This document shows, in pieces, positions 36,549 to 50,500 of a stretch of 64,000 nucleotides of DNA (position 1 is its first letter; each line of letters starts with the position of its first letter). This DNA is from Isurus oxyrinchus (Eukaryota), in the NCBI GenBank assembly GCA_026770705.1, contig JANJGN010000011.1, positions 146,630,001 through 146,694,000 on the forward strand, read 5' to 3'. The position numbers and the translations under genes were made by a program. The notes beneath the pieces are model-generated. The model searched no databases. It worked only from the letters and a program-made list of their open reading frames with translations, and had not been told where the DNA came from.

Positions 36549-39500
36549 CAGAGGTCAAACTGGTGAGGACCACCTACTATTGCGCTAAGAACAGTGCAAT
36601 ACATGCCTGATATTTTTCCTTTAAATTCTTAAAGCTTGTGCCGGTAAACTTTCTGACATTCAGCCCCCACCCCGCCTACCCCCGCTACCCCCCAACTATT
36701 TCGCAATCCTTCCAAAACTGCTCCTTCCTAAATTTTATATTGGCCTGGCCTGTTATGGTTTCGTAAAAAGCAATGAGCAACACTCTCAACACATGGGTTT
36801 ATTTTGCATCGTTTCACTGCTTGATCAGTCTATGGGAAACTCATTTACACGAGGAATTCTCAGGCAGTCAGGTACTGACAATAAACATTTAATGAAGCTT
36901 GAGACCTATGTGTCCCGGGACTGTGTCAGAATAATTTAACTGTAACATTAGCATGACTTTTCCCACATCAAAGAGGTGATTGCAGATTATGGGAGTTTAA
37001 GAGGTGAAAACATACAAAAGAGCAATGCCTCAGATCTCTTCCTGCACATTGTAACCAAATTGTTGAGATTTTTTAAAAAAAATCATGAATATTGACATCT
37101 CAGAAGTTCATTTCTCAATAAATGGATCCAGTCTATATAGATATAAAGCGCGTTTAAAAATGTTAAATACAGTTAATGCAATATTAATCGCCTTTGGTGA
37201 TATAAAATGCATTATTTTCAGGCAGCAGCCTGATTTTTTCCAGTGCGTTGAGGAAAGGGGGCACAGCTGTAGTCTTTTGCCAGCAAAAAGCTATATTTAT
37301 TGCTATTGTTTGACTTTTGCCTGCCAAGACAAAGACATGTTAATGGGGTAAGGACATTTACTTTGTCTTAAATATCTAATATAAACCTTGAGCGACTGCA
37401 GGTTATTTTGTTTTCCATCCTAGTCATTGGGCACATTTTGACCGTGTGATTTTTAAGACGATAAAATGATTCAAACTGATTCAGTAAATAAGATATTTCA
37501 TCAAATTAATGTTAGTAACAGGCGACGCCGCAGAAACAGAGCAAAATGTAGGATGTACAACGATGTTAATGGGTTTAAACGTTTACGGAAACAATGGGTA
37601 AAATCACATCTGAACTTGAAAGAGCGAGCACCTGCAACATAAAGGAACATGTCTTTATAAATACTTTCTGTGCATTTTACCCACCATGGGCTGTGTATGA
37701 TGGTTTCCCAGACAACTCTTAACAGAGGAAAAGCACAGAGCGAACAAACTAACTCAAGATTTTATGGAATCGAACAATATCTACCTCACGTAAATTATGT
37801 TTCTTTCACGGTAAACTTAAGGCTATTTCCTAAGTTCACTTTTAACTGCGGCCGATGAATAACGACAGTATCTGATACGGCCTGTGTAGAAGTTTTCCAA
37901 ACTTTTGCATATTGTTACAAAATCCAACTGAACTTCGCGTTTAGTGTTTCAGCTCATATTTTACACAGAATGGTGGATCTGACAGCAAAATACACAGTTT
38001 AGAACGTAGTTAAGAAATATATTTTCAACAACCCTGTAAATAAGCAGATTATTTAGACTCATTACACCGTCAAGATATATTTTTAAGGAAACAGAATGCA
38101 TAGGCATCATTATTTCAATTTGCTTGCGCGGTCTAAGTGTAATTACGATGATATCTTACCTTTTATTGGCCAGAAGCAGAGGGTTCTCTAAATTATAACA
38201 ACAGTCTTACATTCCTAATCTAACCTGGACATCGTGTCGAAGGGACATTTTACATGAACATTGAACTTACATTAAGACACAAGAAGAGTCAGACAGTAAA
38301 AAATTGTCTGAATTCAGCTCTCAGTTAGAACTCCTGAACAGTAAACTTCTGCTTAGTAAACTGCAACATGGCGCATTATTCCTTGAATGATTTCTATTTG
38401 GAATAGTATTGGTAGATATTTCTATAACATAGCCATTAGCGAGAATACAGAGGGACAGGAGCTGTGTTACAGAACCGATGCTATAATTTAGATCACGTTT
38501 GCTGACTATGTATAAATATGTATATTAATTTATCTTTAAGAAAGAATAAAATTGTGTGCTTTAAGGGTGTTAGTCAACTTAGAATCTTTCCCTAATTTTT
38601 CTTTTGTTTTGATAGGGTTGCCTTCTTAGTTACCAGGCACCTGTATTAGCCCACAAGTCCAGCTGCTGCTTTGTCATTGAAGCACATCTAACAAACAACG
38701 GGCGAGTAAAATGTAATTTTAACGACTGCTTTGACTGCTGTTTAACCACCTTTAAAGACGGCTGGCAGATTAATGCAACATTGCAGCCGTTCTGAAATAA
38801 CCTCACGAAATGTAATTGCAATGTAGTCAGATGCTTGTTGACAAGCTCGGGTCCTCTTAGAAAAGTGTCACCATCAAATTCCATGCTACATAAATTTGTG
38901 CAGAGCATCCAGAAAACATGCTTTATGTAGCAGCGGCTCATTTGAAGTTTAAAATTCTACAAGGGGAGCTTGAGATAGCAGTTTCACTCATCTCTTTGAA
39001 CCTCTATTTTAAAGTGATTTTTATATAAAAGGCATTAGAGCTGGGATCCCTTTAAGTATAAGTCTGTCATTGGCAGTAATGCATTATTGAAAGCCTATCA
39101 AACAGCTCTGTGCTCTGACTTTACGAGGCGTACAGAAGATGAAGTCTGACTGTCTGACTGCACAAAAGCCTCTAATATGTTAATCGCCGTAGGGGATGCC
39201 TAAGGTACCATTTCAAGCTGCTTCGCACACCATATGTCGGGCCGTTTGCCACATGTATCTATTAATCAAAAGGAAACACGCCAGAATACCAGCCACCCCA
39301 CCTTTTCTAACCGTGCCAGCACCTCCCAAAACGATCGCAAAATTTCATGAAGAATTCTGACCTTTTCAAAGAGAACAGAATACCCTCGACAATGGCCAGC
39401 GGCCTCTCGCATCCCTGGCAACCCCGTAACGGCCACCTCAACAGTTTCGATTTTCATTTGCACATGAAATTGATCAAAAAAGCTCGAAGCCATCATTTTA

Positions 39501-40977
39501 ATAGGATGTTAGTTGCCTTAATTTTCTTCCTGCCTGCTACAAAGAAAATATGAAGTAGTTAGATAATGTTTGGCATTTGACAACATCTAGAACATATTGA
39601 CTGGTTTAGTAACCGGATTATTTGTGTCCTTATACGGAGACATTTTTAGTGCAATCTAAGATTGTGCAGTATTGTTGAAAAGACTGAGTTTATTTGTAAC
39701 GAAATTGAGAGATGCAAAATATAAATATTACTTGACTTCAGATGCCCATTTTAAAGGCTGATTGTGAACAACGATATTATGTTTAAGATGTTGGTAGATG
39801 ATTGTGTAACTGTCCATACGAATAAGGGGAATCTGCGTCTGCCAGGCGCTCCTGGGTTGCGAGTCGTGTGCTCAATGTTACCAAACCTGTGGAGAAATTC
39901 AACACCTATCACGTGTGCTGCGAAGGATCTGAATTCGAAGGTGTTGTTCAATGTGTTGGCTAGACCAGGAGTGACCTGAACTTCACTGGAGGTCTCATTA
40001 AACCTAACGCAACCCTCACCCAGACAGATCCTTGACAACGCCGACAAAGTTTACAAATAATTGCAAAACGAGTTCAGGTCAGTTTAGCGACATGCCAAAA
40101 AAGAGGTTTATACACTTCACTAGTCAAGTACAGCCAATGCAAATGGCGGCAATGAAATCGCAGCTAAAATTTGGCGAGCAGGCGTGGGGGCGGGGTGGTG
40201 GGGGAGAGGGGTCTGGTGGTGCGGTGCAGATCGAACTTTCAGATTTGTGAAATATTCCCTAACAGCAGCAACATTATGTCAAATTCGTGTGGCATCCTGG
40301 CAACAAGTTTTGGGGTTCGGCAAGTGGGCGAATTGTAGTCAAAATAAGGAACAAGAGCTATCTCCCCGCTGTGTCGCGGTCTCATAATTAACTCATGTTT
40401 GCTGATTACTGGTTGAAATGTTAATGTAACAGGTTCGCAATGGATGGGTTCCAAAGTTTATTGTCATTTTTAAGAAATAATCAATTGGGTTTTAAGAAGT
40501 CAATGCAATGCAAAGGCAAGTACAGTCGAACAATGCACTAAAGTTTCGATTTGTGTCCTCAGTCCATTTGGCCGAAGATGTGAGAAATGTCTTGAAATAA
40601 ACACACACACACTCACACTCCAAGTTCCCCGAGTGGAGAGAACGAGTTACAAACTGACTACCAACAAGAGACACTCAGTGCATCCTCGAATCATTTTCAT
40701 GCATACGAGCATGCAGTTTTTTTTCTGTTCTCCTAGAAAAAAATAGCCCATATATCTGTCGATTTAGGTTTCTAAGGAATCGTAACTTAATTCCTTTAGG
40801 CTATTCATCAGCACAGTAATTAAACTACCAAATGGATGTAAATAAAGTGAAATTGGTTTCATGACAGATGAGACGAAGAGGCCTTTTGACATGAGCAGTG
40901 CAGGACAATAATTATTTCTGCATGAGGCTATATAGAGAACGCCAGCTGGATTTATTAGATGCTACATATTATTTGCT

Positions 40978-40998
40978 ACCAGCACATCGGACAGGAAT
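40978..40998 (+). promoter_or_regulatory. RE1/NRSE-like site (weaker)
   Basis: acCAGCACa-tc-GGACAGgaat with canonical 2-bp spacer. Confidence 0.45.
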
Positions 40999-41102
40999 GA
41001 GCACAATTCAGCTGTCATTTTTTTCCCTCGCATTTAGCAATCTGAAAGTACAGATGAAATATTTTGGCTGAAAGATCGCGTGGTAAACCCGTGCCGAGAA
41101 AT

Positions 41103-41123
41103 TTCAGCACCGCGGCCAGTTCC
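41103..41123 (+). promoter_or_regulatory. RE1/NRSE (REST binding) site
   Basis: TTCAGCACC-gc-GGcCAGttCC versus consensus TTCAGCACC-nn-GGACAGCGCC. Confidence 0.65.
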
Positions 41124-42119
41124 CTTCCCTCTCACTGAAAGACCCACCTCCCCACGGCCGGGCGAGTGCTCAACTTTAAACCCAACAGCAATAAACAGGG
41201 GGAGAAAATGAACTGGTGCAGCACACGTTTTTTTTATTGAGACCTCCCCAGCTTTTAAAAATCGCAGCAGCTGCTTTCAGCATTGGGGAGAAACAGGGCT
41301 ACCAGGAGTGTACAAATAAAGACAGCAACCGGATAATGCGGTTTCACAGCCATGTGTCTTCAAGCTTTGTGCTCGAATCGAGTCAACAACATTTCGCAAA
41401 AGAAAAATAATTTTTGGTTAATAATCTCATAAATCAATCAATCCACTGTTGAAAAGATTTGACGCCATACAAACAATTAGTTGCTGAGGGGGAAGTGTTT
41501 TTTTTTACTAAGGATTACCTGAGAAAATCCCCATTGCACTACACCTTCTAAAAACGATCGAGATTTTTGCAGTCATTGGACACCCCAATTAATTAACGTT
41601 CTGAAACTTTTTTAAGCGCTCTTTTGCAACCTAAATGCTGGGTCTCTGAGACTCTGATATCAATAGCAATCCTGGGAGGGGAAGCGGGACGGTTTGGTGG
41701 AGAAAATGTCAAGCGGAAAGTGCCAGAGCAGATCCCTAGAAATCTGTATTCATTTTCAAAATCCTATTTGTTGAGTAATCTCAGCTATCATCACTAAATC
41801 TCGGGGCACTGATGTAGTTCGAGTTGTTGTTGACTTAACGTAAAAATTCAATCACTGGGGTTTTTGCATCAACCGGGCTACTTATTTGTCTAATAAATCC
41901 GTCATTTTGTAAGAAAAATATTTGAGCAGCCGTACTTGACCTCCTGATACCCAGAAGTCACATTTATTCCGGCAGGTTTGCAAATGTGGAATCGAGATGA
42001 TCATTTAACGCCTGTAGGTGCTGGGAGGTATTGTGAAAACTGGCTCAAAACAGCTGCTAGGAACGTGTCTATTCAGTAGGTCTGATTTCCCCCGTAGACA
42101 TTGTACAATCAACAGCATC

Positions 42120-42600
42120 CGTAAACAGAGATACACGCACAGTGCACTCATGCAACGCACACACGTACATGTAAATATAACATGTACAAACGTAAGTCGG
42201 TATATGTGCCCACGCATAAACACGCAGTGCATGCCCTTATATACAGTCACAACAATATATATATATAACATGCACAGACACAAGCTCATAAAACCTGCAT
42301 TGATAAACAAGCAAAGTACATATAGTACATACGCTCACACAATACGTACATACACACATACCACCTGATAGATGCAACATGTACACACAAACATGCAACA
42401 TATATATTTAAACGTGCAGGCACATAGCACACGCATAACTCAGTTAGCACATGCAAATTGCATAGAGGCCACAGCTCAATACGTACGGAATAGTGCCAGA
42501 GCAGATACATAGATAAAGATGGAACACATAACACGCAAACACATAGCACATATATGCAGAGCACATACATTTTACACAAGCAAAACAAGTTCACAATGCT
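42120..42600. repeat. Degenerate (AC/AT)-rich low-complexity tract
   Basis: Directly visible. Confidence 0.75.
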
Positions 42601-44654
42601 AAAATCGTGCTTTCAACACCCAAGTGCAAAACCACGCGCTTCTTTTAATATTTGAGTAGTAAGCAGGCTCCAAAAGGATTAGCCCATCCTATTTGTAGCG
42701 CAATCTCGTAGTATACAAGGTACCCTAAGGAACAAGGCTGTTTACGGCAAAGCCCTTCCAAATCTATTGCAGACATGCGTCAAAATAGAGGTCAACAATC
42801 GCTCCTCAATTTTAGAAATCCTGTTGCCGGGCGCATTTTAATCTTAAAACTAACAAGCACATCATTTGTATTTTCGTTTTACGTAAGCGATGTCATTTTG
42901 TAGGCGACTGCATGTTTTTTGTCAACATTTTCTGTGGCTAGAACAAAGGAAGCAAGAGGTCAGAATCTTTGATGCGCGGGATAGCTGTAAGGACGATCAT
43001 TATTAACTGGGGGAAAACATACATTACTGCCTTAATAAAACACAGGATAAGTTTAAAAAAATGCCGTCGTTGGTTTATGAGTCATGAATATTTGGAAACG
43101 CGAGAAGATGCAAATATTTCAAGGATTTAAACATGTATTTGCTTCGAAAGATTGCCGCCAGTTGCATAATTTGGCGGGTGAATTGGATTAACGCCGTTGG
43201 TTTACACAAAAGAAACAGCAAGAAAGATTTTGGTTGGAAGCCGAAACAGCAGGTGGTTGGCGGATATCGGGCAAAGGTGTAAGAGGGATAGGTCACATAT
43301 CTATTTTTCAATTGTTTAAAACTTTTACTATACTTGTTTATGTAATTCCGAAAGCTAGCTACAGAAATTACACCCCATTAGCAGATAGAAGAATATGTAA
43401 CAAAATAAGTTGCCCAAATAAGTGAGATATCACTTCAGACTTGCTGGACATCAACTAATTTTACGTACTCCTAAACCTCCTCCTACGTACTCCGTACTCC
43501 TAATTTTACGTTCTCCTAGTTGCTGTTATAATTCACTATAGGCTTTAAGGTTTAAGATTTTGTTGCAGTTTAATCAAAAAACCTGGTGTGAGTAGAAATC
43601 GTGCAAAAATCAGGGAAACATGTCAACAGACCCATAGGTTTCCGCCTAGCATTCCTCGGGATGCCTAACTTTCCAAATGAATCAATGAACATTCCTGAAA
43701 GTTGGGAGAATAATCTAATTTTACTTGGTAAGCTCTTGTCAGAGGCCTTTTTGATGAACTAACGCATCATTGGGCAGCTAGACACTCGCATTGAAAAGAG
43801 AATACTCAAAGTTCCAGTAAGACTTGTGTTGGTGAGCTGAATGGGCAGGAAACTTTTAATGGTACATACCATGACAAATAAAATGGTACATACCGCTTGA
43901 CGTCAACCTATGTAGACCTCTCACTTTCAAAGTTCCTGCGCAAATATGCAATCGCTCGTGATAAGGTGGTTTATATGTGACAGTCTACCACTTGTTCCAT
44001 TCCGCAACCTTTCAGTTATGTGCAATTTTTACCAATAAACACAAGAGTAGTGGGGATTGAGAGGGTTCATTTCATCCATGGAAATTCCTTTACATATTAA
44101 TTTTCATTTTTCATCAAACCACAATATAATTTGCATAGCTCTACATATTTTTTTTTTACAGATTTTCAGGTCTATTGCTCACTTTCTATATTTCACCTAA
44201 CAGGATTTCTATGTTAGTATGTTGTTTGGGTAATTATTTTTTTAAAAATCAACTTTCTGTATGTGTACATTTGTACTCACTGTTATGCTTTTCTATTCTT
44301 ATTTTTCCTTTGTGCTCCTCTTTAAGTTGTACAATTTCGTATGAGCCTTTTACTTGTCTACTTCTTTGCATCATATTGACTCTTTCAATGACAAACTTCC
44401 CAATTTGTCACATTAATTTCAAATTTGGGAGCACCATTTCCTACCCAGGACATGCTGTGATTTACGTACAAAAGAGTTTAGTTAGAATAAGCAGGACATG
44501 GTTGGCAAAATTATCTTCAGTTTTCCTTCAAGACAGATTCCTTCCATATTGTGCAATTTTTGAGGAAAGTGGTAGACTAACCAACCTTTCAACATTTATA
44601 TGCTTTAAGATTGTTGAGCCTAAGTGTACAGTGTGTGGCAATGATAACTAAAAT

Positions 44655-45170
44655 AAATAGGACCTTGATTTGTAAAGCACAAAGAACAAAACAGAAACAA
44701 TAAGATATGATACTGAGTTTATACAGGACACTGATTCATTTCCATTTGGAGTACTGTGTGCAGTGCTGACCATTTTATTAAAGGAGCAACATCATGGCAG
44801 TGGATATGCATCTGCTACTGAGCTCAAGACTGTAGAAGTCAAGTTTGTTATGCTACAGAAAGGAAGACAAAGGGAAGAATATTATTATGATGTTCAAGAT
44901 TATCAGCAATGTAAACTAAATAAACTGTCTGCCATAACTTAGCGAGTGACCAGGAGGGGATATTGGATGAAGCTCAGGAGAAGGAAGGTGCATGAAGAGA
45001 TCAGATATAAATTTTTCACACTCAGTGTGGTGAATGTTTAGAACATCATTAATTTTAAAAAGGCATTTGGATAGGCATTTAATGACAAAATCAATTGCAG
45101 TAGAGAGGTAGACGATTCTGAATTCTGTTTTGTTGGCATGGCCAGATGAGATCAAATTATTTTCTTTTAG
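44655..45170 (+). mobile_element. Highly decayed CR1 LINE fragment
   Basis: ttggagtactgtgtgcagt; tttttcacactcagtgtggtgaatg; aggcatttggataggcattta. Confidence 0.6.
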
Positions 45171-47157
45171 GTCCTGCTTATTCTTAAATCCTTAAAGTTG
45201 CTCACGAACTGCTTGAAAAGCATTAAGGGTTTGTTATTACTACTGCTCTATTTTTTTCTCATCACCAAGAAACCAGTAATATAAATTAACAAATTTTCTC
45301 TTAGTGTTCTAATACAGCGATTGAACTTTGGTGCATTTGGTTCGTCTATTCTCAGGGCCATATATTGGCATCACTATCACTCTAAAGACCATACCAGTAT
45401 GGAAAAGTACATAAAACCCATGGAGTCCAAAATAGACTTCCTGTATTAAAATCATTTCTGTAGAATCCATCAATTCTTTTAAAAGCAAAATAGTTGTTTT
45501 AAAAAGCATTATTAAAGAACTCGTGGAGCAAGCAGGAGTGTGCATTGGACTGGATGTATCATGTGGAAATAAACATTCTTGCAGACTTGATGGATTAAAT
45601 GGGCTGTTTCAGTGCTTGTTTCAGTACTGTTGCATTCTATCCATATAAGGTCTATTGGTAATATTGGTAATGAATGTAAAAATGGGCAATGTAAGTAGTA
45701 GTGAATAGTATATACTACAGGACAAACAGAACAAAATGGATACAATTAAGTAGCAGACTTAATTGGCTGTGAACATAAGTATAAAGAGTACAGATAAACT
45801 ATTGATGCACAAACCCACTCACAAGTAATTCATAGTGTGGATTATTATTGTCTGATTTGGAATATTGCTTTAAGTAAGACTGTATCTGTCAGACAGCATT
45901 TTTGGCCCTGAATTGCTCTGACTTCCATTGGACTCCTTGCAGGGCTATGGCTGGCGATTACTGGCATGTCACCAAGGCAGCAAAGGACTAGGATATGCCA
46001 GGTCCCTGAAGATTTCTGGAGTTCTTTCTTGGCGTTAGAAGGCACAAAGCTTCTGCAAACTCTTTACAAGAACAGTGGCACTAAAAAGGTACAGCCAGGG
46101 CTAGAGACTGAGAGTTGCAACTTTTGACCCCGAGGAAATACAGGTAAGACCATAGGCTGGTACGCCTAGAGAGATAAGGAAAGCACACACCAGGGAAATC
46201 CAAGCCTGAGAAATAGTCCAAACTCGTGAAGAAAAGATACAAGTTTTTAAAAAAGAAATTCAATTGGTACCATAGACAGGGGCTGAGAGGGGACTACATA
46301 GCATCCCTGGGGTGATGAAGAATTTATGTTCAGGGAGGAGGTTGGCAGATCTACAGTTTACAACATTAATCCCACAAAACTCTGGTGGGGTCAAAGCTGG
46401 ATGGCACAATTGGACATAACCCCAGTATAACTGCCAGGATTACCACCTGCAGATTTTTTTATCTTATTATTTTTGTAAATTTTTGGATTTGAACTTTGTT
46501 TATAGATCTTGCAATTAAAAAAATAAAATTAATTGGAACACTTGCCAATGTTGACTATTAGGTTGGTAATTACTGATAGTATTTAGTGACCTTTTTAATC
46601 AATGACAGCCGACCCGCCTATATTGAAATGGCTAAGAGTAAGATTGCTACTAGTGGTCCTGAAATCATATACTCAGGAATTGAACATCTCAAAACTGTTT
46701 ATTTCAACAATTTTATTCGCAAGCCATAAATTATGAAGCAAAATAGTCATTCACCCTGCTTACAAACAGAGGAAAATAATACCCTCAGTAATTGAGTCAT
46801 TATTAAAACGATGCATTTTGCTCATTAAAACACTTTGCTTCTGTAAAGAAAACATGTTTTTATTATGCATCAAGTTTCTGGAAAGATAAAAGAGCTATAT
46901 TTAAAGGTAATGGAATAAAATTAGTTTATAAAACAAATGTTTCTCATTATAGCAGTATGTGACCACACAGTTTAATGATGAAGTACAATATGGTGTAAGT
47001 AGAAGGTTCTCTTGCGAAGTACCAGCTGTTTACTAAATACATCTGACATTTTTCATAAGCTGGCTATTCAACATCATTCACTTATAATTGTAGCATTAAC
47101 AAGAGGACACAATTGAACACAAGATAAAATACAACATACCAGATTTTAAAAATAATG

Positions 47158-47560
47158 ATGAGTTTGCATTTATATTATTGTCCTTTTTGAAAACATCCTA
47201 AAAGGAATTACTCGGAAGTATTGCATAGGGAAATATGGCAGTCATATGCACAGACCAATATCCCACAAACAGCAGTGACATGATTAACTCTGATTTTTGT
47301 TTTGGTGATATTGATTGAGAGAAATTTTTCGGCCAGGACAACAGAAAATAAATTCCCTGCTCTTCTTCAAATAGTGTCATAAAATTTTTAACAGATGCCT
47401 AAACCACCATAATCGGGAAAGGGGGTTTGGTTTAATGCTTCATTCAAAGCATAATTCAATCCCTCTGCAATGCATTAAAGTGTCAATTGAGATAATGTGC
47501 ATATATTATTACTCAAGTTCCAGAATGGGGCTTGAGCAGAATGGAGCAAATGAGACTGGA
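47158..47560 (-). mobile_element. Old Deu-domain SINE fragment
   Basis: ttgcatttatat...tcccacaaacagcagtga...ggccaggaca...ccctgctcttcttcaaatagtgtcat. Confidence 0.6.
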
Positions 47561-50500
47561 AATGTGTTTCCTTTTTAAAAAAAAAACATGCTAACCATTC
47601 ATGAAAACATGAGTTCCCTTGCTGAAGGTGATAGTCCTTGGATAACTCTATGTGCATTTATGGCTTGTGGCATACAGTATACTGACAGGCTGATCATGTA
47701 ATAAGAGAATAAGCATTTTTAATTGCCACGAAAACAATTGGTATTAGAAGTCAATACAATAAACTAAACATCTCGAGCTGTAGATTTTATTAAATCATTA
47801 GTCATAAATGAAACATTTATAGTCAATATTAAATTGCATCTTCATATTGACATTTTCAGCAAAGCTGCTTTTGAACATGCAGTGAAAGGGGTGAACTCAC
47901 AGTGAAGACTTCTGTCTATCATTATCACTGCTACATTGCCAGAGGATATCTACTTTCCAACCTGGTAATCAATGCATCAATTAGCATAACTATTTGAGTT
48001 GTCATCTATATTAGATGTAATTAGCGCATAATTATATTCTCATTGTTATAATGCTTAATCATTGCACTCATATACAATTCATGCCAAAGCAAAACAAATA
48101 CTACTTTATTTTGCATGTATGAATGCGGATCCACCCTTTCAGTGCTTCACTTTTCTGCGATGTAGCATAAAAATAAAACAAACATAAAACTTCAGGTAGA
48201 TTTCAGTCCCTATAGCACTGTTTCAACAGCGAGGTATGTCTGCTCACACAGTTTCATTTAAAAAAAATCAACCTGCTTCACTAGCACAAGTTTAGATTCG
48301 CATCCAGAAGAGCAACAGAGAGATATGCTGCTGCGAATATAGTGAGCAATTTTTTAAGGCTATGAACTCTAATTAAGCCTTCACAGTAGAAGCATTTAAA
48401 GCAACAGGATGTGATAATTGCTGCAGACATTAATAATTTACCCCTAGATTCATTGTTTTATAGGACACAAATGAACTAAAATGGAGCTGTTTGTATTGTT
48501 GTTTTTATTGTTGTTTGTGGACCTTCAGTTTATTGACAACTTTTATAACCACTGGAATCAGGAAATGTAACCTCAGGAGTGAGTAAGATAGCCTAAAACT
48601 CTGTTGATATCATATACAGCATGTTTACAATTGACTATGCATTGGTTATATGGGAAACATTCCCTGTGGTAAGAAATTCAACCCCCACATCCCCTCCCAC
48701 CCCCCCCCCACCTTTTTTTCTAGCTTATTAGGAACACTGTTGAGCCAGCTGTAATGAACAAAAGGTTGCACCTTTGGCCAGATGAAATGCCCTGTCTTGG
48801 CTTGTTAACCAAAAAAGTTCAATGGAGACATGCCTTATGTCCTGATGAGATCTAATCACATGCCTTATGTTATGATATAGCACATAATTTAACCAGAGAA
48901 TAATATATATCTGGAAGTGAGATATAAGGCTGTAGTTAATAGGGAAGAGACCCCGGTAAACTGTTTCTAAATGTAATCTGAATCTGAAAAATAGATCAGA
49001 GCCTTTAGTTAAAAAAACTTAAAAAAATAATGATTCTTTTATTGTAACTCCTAGTTTATCCTGGTGACAGTAGGAAACTTCCTTCTGTTTGTGATATGCT
49101 GGCCAGTAAGTTCTGGAGGTTCACAACTCATGATGCACCTCTTCATCCCCAAACTTGCTGGCTGATTGATGCATTAATAATGGTGTTCATCTTGAACTCA
49201 CCATTACTTTTCCAGGAAGGTTTAGCCCAATTATTTTATCATATTGTTTTAAAGTACGGTCTAAGAACTGTGTAAAGCACTCTCTAACAACTGCATTAAA
49301 GCTAATATTAACTTAATAGTTATTTCAGCTGTATGTTATGCCAATTTACATGTGAATGCTGATTTGCATTTTTAACACTGCTCATTTTATTTCCTGAAGG
49401 CGCTGACTCTTTGCTGGTGTACAGTTTAAAGGGTGTCAGTCACCCTTTCTGATACCTACTTAAGTGGCCATTACCCATGGGGAATATTCACCTAATGGTC
49501 ACAGATGGACTTTCAACAAAAGTCACTGGATAACAGTTAGGAGTAGAAACCTTAATTTGTCCTTCCAAACCCTTGGTAATTCTCCCTTCCTATTTCTTGC
49601 CTGAGATGAGTGAACTCAGGGTTTGAAATAGAATTTTCCTTGAGCCCAGTTACTCTCTGGATAAACATTGGAAGGCCCCGAAATGACTTTTTAATGTGTA
49701 TCAACGTTGCTGCTTTTCCTGAAAAATATCAATTGTCCTATTTGCACTGTCATTCAATGAAGGTATTTAGGTTACTTGGAAAAAAGAACAGCTTTGCATT
49801 GCCTTCTTTAGTGTGAGAAGCTATTTTTTGTGTGCTGCATAATCAAACTACCACTTTAAACAATATGCTCCATAAGTTTGTGATCACTGAATGAGTGATG
49901 TTAAATGACTGCAACATCAAGTTTCTTCACTAAGGATTACAGGTGCAAGTTTCACATCCAGTTTTATGTATGCCAGTTAATTTGCATTTTTACCCACAAA
50001 TATTGTGAAAGTTTTAAGAGGCCTGGTTGCACTCGAAATTGGGTCACATGTAAATAATGCACTCTTTGCGCTTCAGCAGAGTTGTGATTGAGAGAACCTG
50101 GCGCAGCTTGAAACTGGTTTCAAAGTAGAAATTTGTTGCATATTTTTCCATTACCCTGGTCATGTGCTGCTATAATGTGCTTCTTTGCTGGTATGAGGCC
50201 AGCCTTGCACAACATTCATTGGTTCAGAATCTACTGATTTCTTCTGCTAACCTGTCAGTTTTAATGAGGTATAATGGTTTGAGGAATTAGCATGACATAG
50301 GTAAGCATGCAATGATAATTTTGCTAATTATAAGAAATGAAAGGGATGATTTCAGAGGAAAACATTTATAGGTTTATTTGCATGGACATTAATATCTCAT
50401 ATCAAAATCTGAAAATTACAATTTTGTAGAGCTCTGATTTGTACTGTTTTTAATATTGGAGATTCAAGTGTAAGTTTGTATGATGAATTAGGAACCCAAT

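Noticed and set aside
39751-40047. Overlapping ORFs on both strands
   Set aside because: No recognisable protein motif or convincing exon structure.
43455-43518. Short direct repeats (also at ~43858 and ~48828)
   Set aside because: Local slippage duplications; not a CRISPR-like or functional array.
44175-44651. 158-aa hydrophobic ORF
   Set aside because: T-rich composition effect, non-ATG start, no homology recognised.
48840-48870. CTGATGA matches here and at ~1865, ~4385 and ~55921 as hammerhead or C/D-box candidates
   Set aside because: No correctly placed stem II and GAAA, and no terminal stems.
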